Source: Candidatus Taylorbacteria bacterium RIFCSPHIGHO2_12_FULL_45_16 (lineage in GTDB: Bacteria; Patescibacteriota; Minisyncoccia; Phycocordibacterales; PALSA-1337). From it: DNA of 64,000 nt. The notes under the pieces were generated by a model, which saw only the letters and a list, made by a program, of their open reading frames with translations, was not told where the DNA came from and made no database searches. The stretch is taken from positions 156,378 to 220,377 of the forward strand of contig MHRT01000005.1 in the NCBI GenBank assembly GCA_001821055.1. Reading direction: 5' to 3'. Shown here piece after piece: positions 57,430 through 64,000 of the stretch. A program made the translations under genes and the position numbers. Positions within the stretch are counted from its first letter, which is position 1, and each line of letters begins with the position of its first letter.

Positions 57430-59089
57430 TCTGCGCAAGTTTGTGCATTCTAGTTGACCATCTACGAACCCATTTTAGCAAGTAATCTGTCCTTGGAAAG
57501 GGTTGATAACCCTATCCCCACACCTATCCCCACGGCGGGGACACCCTGCGGTGTCGTGCCGTCCTGTGTTCACAATGGTTTTGTCGTGGTTTGGCTGCCT
57601 CGCAGCATCCCCGACTTCGGTCGGTTTTATGGCTCGCACGGCGCTGTTGTCGTGGTCGCTCCAGCCTACCCGGTCGGAAGCCGTCCCACGGCGCTAGCCA
57701 AGTCCGTGACTTCGTTCGGTTTTATTGCTGACGCACCCAAGACTGATGTTCCCACGGTCTGCTGTATCGTTAAAGGGCGCGATGCTATTTAGGCGAGTGG
57801 GACGAATCTAGGAAATCAGAAAGCAGGATGCTGTAGGAGAGCGATGGTCCACTTCTTGACGTTTCCAGCAAAGTTCGGACTTCACCTCTGTGGGCGGTTA
57901 ACCGCGGTGGAACTCATGTGGTTTGGCAATGAGCGCATGCTTTGATCCACAAAACGCGCGCACTGAACCTAACGTCGAGAATAGGCTACCAATAAATGGA
58001 GAGCCGAAGCGGCAAAGCCACGGCTCTCGTTAAGGCGCCCCCATTTAGCAGAAGAAAGGCAACCTTGCGCTTATCATAGCATATAGTGTGCCAGTTGCAA
58101 CTATTGCCTTTGCGGAAGGTGCCCCGCATGAATCAGGCTCGTCCTACCAAGTCGTCAACCGGGTTGCCGCCAGTCTTGCTGACAAGTCCCTGCAACATCA
58201 ACCCCATAACATCGGAGTATCCAATGACAGCCAATTATGACGAATGCAACCATTCATCGTCCTGATTCTGTGTAGCTCCGCACCGGCGCAAACTCCGGAG
58301 ATAGATAAGGAGCTTTCCGATCTGGCGACGAAGCTGGCGACCATCATCAAGGAGAACGGCAAGAAGAAGGTGACGGTTTTGGATTTTACCGACCTGCAAG
58401 GGGGCGCGAGCGAACTCGGCAAATACATTGCCGAGGAATTGACCGTCAACCTGGTGATGGTCAAAAAGGATTTTTCCGTGTTGGACCGCGCGAACCTGCG
58501 GCGCATTCTCGCCGAACACAAGCTCACGGCGACGGGCTTGGACCGAAACCGCTCGGCTTCATCTATGAAGCCCATCGGCATTACGCCGGAACAGGCGCAA
58601 CACCTTCATGGTCTGATTGACGCAGAAATGCACCAAGACGCGTCCACGCTCCAAAGCACGACCGCAAAGCTGAACGACAGCCTTGCGCTCGTTCAGGACA
58701 AACTTAACAAGCTCACGCGCGGGTATCTCGACGAACTGATTGACGAGGAGAGTTACCAAGCCGCCACGAAAGACTTGGTGCTCGAAAAGACCACCTTGAA
58801 GAAGGAAAAAGAACGTGTTCAGAGAACCCGCGCCAGTGCGTGGATCGAACCAGCCAAAAGGGTCATAAACACCTTAGAAATGGCCGGAAAAGCGCAGTCC
58901 GACAGAACTGCGCCGGGGGTTTCCGAAATCGTTCACAAAGTTGGAACGAACCGCCTGATTGCGCGCAAAACCGTTACGTTTGCTTTTGCCGAACCTTACG
59001 ATTTCATCCCGTCGTTATTGGGGAATTTGCACCCTGCCTTGTCCGATAACCCTTCACTTCAAAATGACTCCAACTGGTGGAGTACTACA
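57430..59089. other. Compositionally anomalous high-GC segment (by eye about 55% GC versus about 38-40% for flanks) directly abutting a tRNA cluster
   Basis: Strings such as ccgacttcggtcggttttatggctcgcacggcgctgttgtcgtggtcgctccagcc contain internal approximate repeats (tgtcgtggt … cttcgGtcggttttat, twice). Codons in the 58244 ORF are GC3-rich. Confidence 0.5.
58244..59086 (+). pseudogene. High-GC ORF, probably a remnant or chimera: N-terminal secreted/lipoprotein-like domain plus a C-terminal coiled-coil resembling the tail of a large serine recombinase. Its 3' end runs into tRNA-Val on the opposite strand.
   Basis: KKKVTVLDFTDLQGGASELGKYIAEELTVNLVMVKKDFSVLDRANLRRILAEHKLTATGL resembles a CsgG/FlgO/LpoB-type pattern. 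…LNKLTRGYLDELIDEESYQAATKDLVLEKTTLKKEKERV resembles the L(x)RLYdaYLdG(x)IseEeY coiled-coil of serine recombinases. Confidence 0.3.
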
Positions 59090-59166
59090 TGGTGCACTCT
59101 GCAGGACTCGAACCTGCGACCTCACCCGTGTGAAGGGTACGCTCTAGCCAACTGAGCTAAGAGTGC
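59090..59166 (-). tRNA. tRNA-Val (anticodon CAC), CCA encoded
   Basis: GCACTCT-TA-GCTC-AGTTGGCTA-GAGC-G-TACCC-TTCACAC-GGGTG-AGGTC-GCAGG-TTCGAGT-CCTGC-AGAGTGC-A-CCA; perfect acceptor stem. Confidence 0.8.
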
Positions 59167-59185
59167 GGAAAAATCACATCTCTAG

Positions 59186-59256
59186 TCGGGGTGCCGGGAA
59201 TCGAACCCGGACCTCACACTCCCGAAGCGTGTATACTACCACTATACTACACCCCG
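59186..59256 (-). tRNA. tRNA-Pro (anticodon CGG)
   Basis: CGGGGTG-TA-GTAT-AGTGGTA-GTAT-A-CACGC-TTCGGGA-GTGTG-AGGT-CCGGG-TTCGATT-CCCGG-CACCCCG-A. Confidence 0.75.
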
Positions 59257-59261
59257 ATTTG

Positions 59262-59332
59262 TGGACCTACGGGGAATCGAACCCCGGCTTCGCCCATGCC
59301 ATGGGCGCGTAATACCGCTTTACGATAGGCCC
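59262..59332 (-). tRNA. tRNA-Ala (anticodon GGC) with the G3.U70 identity pair
   Basis: GGGCCTA-TC-GTAA-AGCGGTA-TTAC-G-CGCCC-ATGGCAT-GGGCG-AAGC-CGGGG-TTCGATT-CCCCG-TAGGTCC-A. Confidence 0.75.
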
Positions 59333-59420
59333 AATATATATGCGATTGCGCCATTCACATCTAAAATCTAACATAAATAACACAATTATCAAAAATGCAA
59401 TTGTGATTCTCTCAAAAACA

Positions 59421-59444
59421 AAAACCGCTTATTAAGCGGTTTTT
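59421..59444. terminator. Bidirectional terminator-like hairpin
   Basis: aaaaccgcttattaagcggtttt flanked by A/T runs. Confidence 0.5.
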
Positions 59445-59934
59445 GTTTTATTTTGTACATTCACATGTCTCGCACTTTTTGCCCGAATGAGCTACGTGCC
59501 CGCAAGAGGAACATACCGGTGGTACATCTGCCATAATTTTATAATTGATTAAGGCTGATAAAACGACCTTTGCGAAGTGACATTATAGCACAGAAATTTC
59601 TTTTGGCGTATCTAAACGTGAGTTCGTCGACTATGCCGCTGACAAAGCTGAAGTACGTTGTTAATTAGGTAAACGATATGAAGTCGTTTTTACAATACCT
59701 CTTTTATGATCTTTTATCCTATTATTCAAATCGCCAGATGATCCAACATAGAATGAACCATCCTTTTTGCATTTCAATATGTACACAAAATATGACATAA
59801 ATTTATTGTATTGAATGTCCTGCTACGCTAAGGCTTCGCAGAACACTGCTTCGCTCTAGGTAATAGAAGTTATAGTTGACCTAACACAGTGCTTTGCACT
59901 GCGTAGCTCCTTGTGATCAACAAGGAGCGAAGCA

Positions 59935-59955
59935 GTGGACCCGAGAGGATTCGAA
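59935..59955 (-). repeat. Orphan duplicate of the 3' end of tRNA-Ala(UGC) (T-loop plus acceptor 3' strand), 152 bp from the intact tRNA
   Basis: gtggacccgagaggattcgaa is identical to 60107-60127. A further ttcgaatcctct copy lies at about 60016-60027. Confidence 0.7.
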
Positions 59956-60075
59956 GCTTACAGCTTCGGTACAGGTTTCGCATTTTCTCGAAGCAAAGCT
60001 TCTCGAAAATATGCTCAACCTTTTCGAATCCTCTACGCAAGGTGCAAAAGCACCTTGCTCGAGTCCTCTCAAACC

Positions 60076-60098
60076 AAAAACCGCTCAATGCGGTTTTT
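60076..60098 (-). terminator. Terminator hairpin immediately downstream of tRNA-Ala(UGC)
   Basis: aaaaaccgctcaatgcggttttt. Confidence 0.55.
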
Positions 60099-60106
60099 GT
60101 GTTTTC

Positions 60107-60181
60107 GGTGGACCCGAGAGGATTCGAACCTCCGACCTTTGCTTTGCAAAAGCACTGCTCTACCAACTGAGCTACGGGCCC
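60107..60181 (-). tRNA. tRNA-Ala (anticodon UGC), G3.U70 present, CC of the CCA encoded
   Basis: GGGCCCG-TA-GCTC-AGTTGGTA-GAGC-A-GTGCT-TTTGCAA-AGCAA-AGGTC-GGAGG-TTCGAAT-CCTCT-CGGGTCC-A-CC. Confidence 0.8.
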
Positions 60182-60269
60182 ATATCTGACGTTTTAAGGT
60201 AACTCGCATAGCTTACACGATTTTACCTGATTCTTCAATAACTGCCGCACCTCGACTGACACGACCAAT

Positions 60270-60461
60270 TCAGCTCAAATCCTTTGACATCTTGTCCACG
60301 AAAGTCTGTTTGACAGCGCACCATGGGCAATACCATTCCTTGCGTATAGGGGCATCACCTATTCCCCACCATCTGCGACAGGAGCCGCATTGAAAATGAA
60401 CGAACCGCTCCAGAGATATCGAGCCGACGATTTTTTTATTCTTTTTGCTGAATTTTTTCAT
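60270..60461 (-). CDS. Hypothetical small zinc-ribbon protein
   Basis: 63 aa, Lys-rich N-terminus, CGSC…CPWC. Overlaps the ddl stop by 4 nt. Confidence 0.3.
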   Translation of the reverse strand: MKKFSKKNKKIVGSISLERFVHFQCGSCRRWWGIGDAPIRKEWYCPWCAVKQTFVDKMSKDLS

Positions 60462-61471
60462 AACGACTCCTTGTCAGTGCTTCTCGGTCTTTTATTCATC
60501 AATGATAATTCAACCAGATGCCCGACCAATTCATGAACATCACTGCCGATCGCTCGCAGAGCCTTCGGAACTAGCGATTCAGCTGTGAGCCCTGGCAAAG
60601 TGTTGACCTCAAGGACATAGATGCCACGACGTGGATGGATGATAAAATCGGAACGTGAATAATGACGCAGACCAAGTGCCCGATGGATTTTACCAGCTAA
60701 TTCTTCCAAAGATTTTTTAATCTTTTCGGAAAATGTCGCTGGAACAATCTCTTGGGACTTGCCCTGATATTTTGCTTCATAATCGAAGAATGCGGTCATT
60801 GGTCGTATCTCGATCGGCGGCAATGCATAGAGAGCTTGCCCGCGAAATCCTTCAATCACGCCACAAGTGGCTTCGACTCCTGGAATGAATTCCTCAATAA
60901 GGATTATTTCTCCATGCTCGGCAGCAATGTTGAGGGCTGGGATCAAATCGGCGAAAGTTTTAACTATCGAAACTCCGACTGACGATCCGCTGGCATTCGG
61001 TTTGACGACGGCTGGCAGAATAAAAGTGTTGAACAACTCACGAGCGACTGCTTCGACATTCACGCGGACGGAATCAGATGAGACCTCTTTCCAGTAAGGA
61101 CTCTTGATGTCGTGGTCGGCGAACACTTTTTTTGAAAGAATTTTATTCATACCGACGGCCGAACCGAGGGATCCAGAACCGGTGAATGGAATACCGTGCG
61201 ATTCAAGAAACGCCTGAACTTTGCCATCTTCACCATATGTTCCATGCAAAGCGTTAAAAACAACGTCAGCCTTGGTCGAAATGTCATTTGGCGAAATGGG
61301 AATGCCATCTATGTGCCAATTTCCCTGCCTATCTATGAAAACATCTCGTGACTGATAGTCCTGCTCAAAATGTTCTCGCAGAGACGATAAAACGGATGCG
61401 CCTGAATCAAGCGAGACTTCATATTCTCTACTAGGTCCGCCGCGGATAACGCCAACGCGTAATTTATACAT
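60458..61471 (-). CDS. ddl: D-alanine--D-alanine ligase
   Basis: …RVGVIRGGPSREYEVSLDSGASV… and the ATP-grasp core (…EEFIPGVEATCGVI…). The track ORF extends to 61591; the likely start is MYKLRVGV at 61471. Confidence 0.8.
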   Translation of the reverse strand: MYKLRVGVIRGGPSREYEVSLDSGASVLSSLREHFEQDYQSRDVFIDRQGNWHIDGIPISPNDISTKADVVFNALHGTYGEDGKVQAFLESHGIPFTGSGSLGSAVGMNKILSKKVFADHDIKSPYWKEVSSDSVRVNVEAVARELFNTFILPAVVKPNASGSSVGVSIVKTFADLIPALNIAAEHGEIILIEEFIPGVEATCGVIEGFRGQALYALPPIEIRPMTAFFDYEAKYQGKSQEIVPATFSEKIKKSLEELAGKIHRALGLRHYSRSDFIIHPRRGIYVLEVNTLPGLTAESLVPKALRAIGSDVHELVGHLVELSLMNKRPRSTDKESL

Positions 61472-61508
61472 AAGTATATTATAGACTAAAAAAACAATAA
61501 GTGGGAAG

Positions 61509-62768
61509 TTAAGAAGGCCGCAAAAGATATCTTGGGATGCTGTTTCTCCGCAAACGGTGAAACGCGAGCGCGAAGCGGTGAGCTTCGGCATTCAAAGCCA
61601 CGATCTCTTTTTTGAATTTTTCAATTATCTCAGGATTACCGACGAATTTCGTAGCCTTATGTCTTTCATCTTTAGTAACTGCAACTACCGGAATTGAAAT
61701 TCGACGAGCTTTGAGGACTGATTCTGCGTGTATTTTATGAGTTTTATTGCCATCGACAACGATCAGATCTGGATAAGTCCATTCGGTATGATTGAGCCGG
61801 CGCGAGAAAATCTCCACTAATCCCGCAATGTCATCGTTAGCTTGACGGGAAATGTTAAATCTCCTGTATTGCGATGACGCAAATTGACCGTTCAAAGAAA
61901 CGGTGAAGGCGCCGACCACATTGGTTCCTGATAAATGAGCAATATCGTAGGCTTCGATGCGAAACTCTCTTCTACCGGAGCTCAAAGAATTTTCAGCCGG
62001 ATAATTCGCGCGTTTAATCAAGGCGATATCATTTATATGATCAAGGGCGTAAAGCAATTTCTTGGAATTCTGGGCCTCCTCAAACCTCTTAGCGCGTGCA
62101 TGGGTATTCATGCCTTTTTCGATCCGCCGATACAGTTCCCTCTTTTTTCCTTCAAAAAATAAAGTCAAATAGCTTATTGTTCTTTTGTATCTGCGCAATG
62201 CGTTGCTGTCATTTTCCTTCGGCGAACGACTGATGGCGCGATAGAAAGCATCATGGCGTGGATCAAATGATTTCTTGTCCCTGAAGGGGAAAAGTTTGCG
62301 CAAAGTCTTCAAGACTTCTTTGATTAGCCCGCCGTGAGGATACGGACCAAAATATTTTTTGACCTCGTATCCGAGAGTCCCGTCGGCAAGTGCCTGCTCA
62401 AAGTCACGCGCACGTGTCAGGAAAACCCGAGGCCACAATTCATCGGTAATGACGACATATTGATTGCTCTTGTCATCGCGTTCATCAACATTATAAAATG
62501 GCTGATATCTTTTTATTAAAATACTTTCTAGGATTATGGCTTCAAGCACAGAATCAGTTTCTTCAAAAGTGAACTTCTTTGACTTTGTGACCATATCCAC
62601 TATTCTCGGCCCACGAGTTTCGATCAGATTCAAGTCAAAATAGCTCTTGATACGATTCTTTAGTGAAGTTGCCCGACCGATGTAAATGGGTCTTTTTTGG
62701 ATATCCCTGAACACATAGACACCGGGAGTATCCGGCAGTCTGAGTTTTTTTAATGATTGACTAATCAT
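61509..62768 (-). CDS. uvrC: UvrC-like excinuclease subunit, short form (GIY-YIG plus central domains; the C-terminal HhH region appears absent)
   Basis: LPDTPGVYVFRD…IYIGRATSLKNRIKSYF GIY-YIG motif. About 419 aa from the likely start MISQSLKKL, versus about 600 typical. Confidence 0.7.
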   Translation of the reverse strand: MISQSLKKLRLPDTPGVYVFRDIQKRPIYIGRATSLKNRIKSYFDLNLIETRGPRIVDMVTKSKKFTFEETDSVLEAIILESILIKRYQPFYNVDERDDKSNQYVVITDELWPRVFLTRARDFEQALADGTLGYEVKKYFGPYPHGGLIKEVLKTLRKLFPFRDKKSFDPRHDAFYRAISRSPKENDSNALRRYKRTISYLTLFFEGKKRELYRRIEKGMNTHARAKRFEEAQNSKKLLYALDHINDIALIKRANYPAENSLSSGRREFRIEAYDIAHLSGTNVVGAFTVSLNGQFASSQYRRFNISRQANDDIAGLVEIFSRRLNHTEWTYPDLIVVDGNKTHKIHAESVLKARRISIPVVAVTKDERHKATKFVGNPEIIEKFKKEIVALNAEAHRFALAFHRLRRNSIPRYLLRPS

Positions 62769-62789
62769 CCTAGAGAGTGTATTGTAAAA

Positions 62790-63329
62790 ATGAATCGAAA
62801 GCAACCAATCGAAAAGAAAGATGAAAATATGAATGATGACAGACTTACGTCCGTCTATGAAAACGGCGGTCTTGATGAAGAAGTTGACGACCATATCTCC
62901 ATTCTCGAGAGCTTGAATCTTCTCGGTTGGATAGTCGGAGTGATACTTGCCATCTGTATTCCAATCACATGCACAGGTTATGTATGGCTGTGTACATACC
63001 ACCTAAAATGGACGTTGATCGCCGGCGCCGCACTTGCGACAATAGGTCTGTTGAGCATCATAGCATGGGCGTCGAGGTCGGCAGACTCGATCAAAACTAC
63101 CAACTTGGTACTTTGCTGCTGGTTGGCACTCGTGATCAATATCACTTCATGGCCGTTTCTGGCAGGCTGTATTGCGTTGGCGACGACGCCGTGGGCATTC
63201 AAGACGACCATGTTCATCTTTGTCGGTACCGTTCTTTTGATTGTCTTTTATGTGTATCAAAAAAGTATCAAGAACCGCGTTGCCGATATCTTCAACACTG
63301 TTTTGGTCGCGTTAAGCGGTGGAGACTAG
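62790..63329 (+). CDS. Hypothetical polytopic membrane protein
   Basis: 4-5 predicted TM helices with Cys/Trp-rich loops. No family recognised. Divergent from uvrC. Confidence 0.3.
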   Translation: MNRKQPIEKKDENMNDDRLTSVYENGGLDEEVDDHISILESLNLLGWIVGVILAICIPITCTGYVWLCTYHLKWTLIAGAALATIGLLSIIAWASRSADSIKTTNLVLCCWLALVINITSWPFLAGCIALATTPWAFKTTMFIFVGTVLLIVFYVYQKSIKNRVADIFNTVLVALSGGD

Positions 63330-63358
63330 TCATTGTCTTGCGACGCCACTCTGCAGTT

Positions 63359-64000
63359 CTACCCTGCGGATTTTTTTAACGCCTTTTTTAAATACTTCCC
63401 AGTGTAACTCTTGTCGTGCCGCGCCACATCTTCCGGTGTTCCTTTTGCCACTATTTTGCCGCCACATTCACCGCCATCAGGACCGATATCAATGACATAA
63501 TCGGCATTTTTGACCAGATCCAGATTGTGTTCAATGACCACCACCGTATTGCCCTTCTCAACCAATTTTTGCAAAATATCAATCAGTTTTTTGACATCTT
63601 CATAATGCAAGCCTACCGTCGGTTCATCCAATAGATAGATTGTTTTTTGCAAATGCGCGCGATACAATTCGGATGAAATCTTCACTCTTTGGGCCTCGCC
63701 ACCGGAGAGCGTCGTCGCCGACTGACCCAATTTTACATAACCCAAGCCAACATCTGTCATGCTTCGCAAGCGATCCTCAATAGCTGGAACGTCCTTAAAA
63801 AACTCAACAGCCTCTTCAATCGTCAACTCCAACACCTCATGAATATTTTTCTTGCGATACTTGATCTCCAATGTTTCTTTGGTAAATCGTTTGCCGTTGC
63901 AAACATCACATGTCACATAGACCGTTGGCAAAAAGTGCATTTCCACGGCAATTTCGCCGTTGCCCTCACAAGCCTCACAACGACCACCTTGACGGTTGAA
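63359..64000 (-). CDS. uvrA: Excinuclease ABC subunit A, C-terminal part (gene continues beyond the window end)
   Basis: …CDVCNGKRF… zinc finger, [15 protein letters not shown] signature, and [25 protein letters not shown]. The frame is open through 64000. Confidence 0.85.
   Translation of the reverse strand, partial: FNRQGGRCEACEGNGEIAVEMHFLPTVYVTCDVCNGKRFTKETLEIKYRKKNIHEVLELTIEEAVEFFKDVPAIEDRLRSMTDVGLGYVKLGQSATTLSGGEAQRVKISSELYRAHLQKTIYLLDEPTVGLHYEDVKKLIDILQKLVEKGNTVVVIEHNLDLVKNADYVIDIGPDGGECGGKIVAKGTPEDVARHDKSYTGKYLKKALKKSAG

Noticed and set aside
57430-58240. Could the GC-rich ORF-poor stretch next to the tRNAs be RNase P RNA, tmRNA or SRP RNA?
   Set aside because: I looked on both strands for the RNase P CR-I/CR-IV consensus (GGAAAGUCCGGGCUC, ACAGAACCCGGCUUA), for a tmRNA tRNA-like 3' end (GGTTCGAnTCC…CCACCA), and for the SRP AGGUCAGGUCCGGAAGGAAGCAGC motif. 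Only weak partial matches (gaggtgaagtccgaac; ccgggtaggctgg) were found. Not enough to call.
58244-59155. The 303-aa plus-strand ORF as a complete gene.
   Set aside because: Its last 60 nt are the reverse strand of tRNA-Val. High-GC DNA generates long spurious frames, and the two halves resemble unrelated protein families. Reported only as a probable remnant.

Overview
This is a 64-kb chromosomal fragment. Most genes are AT-rich (GC judged by eye, not computed), and core enzymes are short and carry low-complexity insertions, which points to a small-genome Patescibacteria/CPR-like bacterium. That lineage call is an inference from gene content. Most of the window is housekeeping genes; two GC-rich accessory patches stand out.

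**Housekeeping backbone**
- dnaK (5' partial) and a zinc-finger-less dnaJ-like gene.
- Four aminoacyl-tRNA synthetases: trpS, cysS, gltX, valS.
- Ribosomal proteins rplI, rpmA, rpsP.
- A corA-like transporter, an S41 protease and an M23 peptidase.
- Pieces of the dcw cluster: murG-ftsW, and separately mraZ-rsmH-ftsL-ftsI ... murF.
- scpA/scpB.
- A type IV pilus-like cluster: pilin-like gene, large pilin-like gene, pilC, pilB.
- typA/bipA.
- rpoB-rpoC.
- rpsP-KH-trmD and an IscS-like cysteine desulfurase.
- cspA, zwf, ddl, uvrC-like, and uvrA (3' partial).

**Island at tRNA-Glu(CUC), about 42.86-49.38 kb**
- This ~6.5-kb GC-rich island is the main candidate for something undescribed.
- Near-identical 171/172-bp direct repeats bound it, and each repeat begins with the 19-nt 3' end of the tRNA.
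- A 47-bp inverted-repeat pair brackets the unique DNA.
- Cargo is a DinG/XPD-like Fe-S helicase, a MazF/PemK-like toxin and two unknown proteins.
- It also holds two ~1.1-kb ORF-free blocks made of tandem ~100-165-bp units.
- Each unit carries a stem-loop with a conserved loop and compensatory stem changes, followed by a CC-R-TA-N motif.
- No integrase, RAYT, HUH or Cas gene is visible.

**GC-rich patch at 57.4-59.1 kb**
- It lies next to a minus-strand tRNA cluster: Val-Pro-Ala, plus a separate Ala(UGC).
- A duplicated tRNA-Ala 3' end sits next to tRNA-Ala(UGC), consistent with an old integration scar.
- A high-GC ORF whose C-terminus looks like a large-serine-recombinase tail lies in this patch.

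**Other oddities**
- A CorA homologue with TIP where the GMN motif should be.
- A membrane PH-domain/AlbA_2 fusion next to rpoC.
- A KilA-N protein and a truncated methyltransferase fragment inside the dcw cluster.
- Conserved palindromes at the rpoB-rpoC junction, after dnaK, and upstream of cysS.
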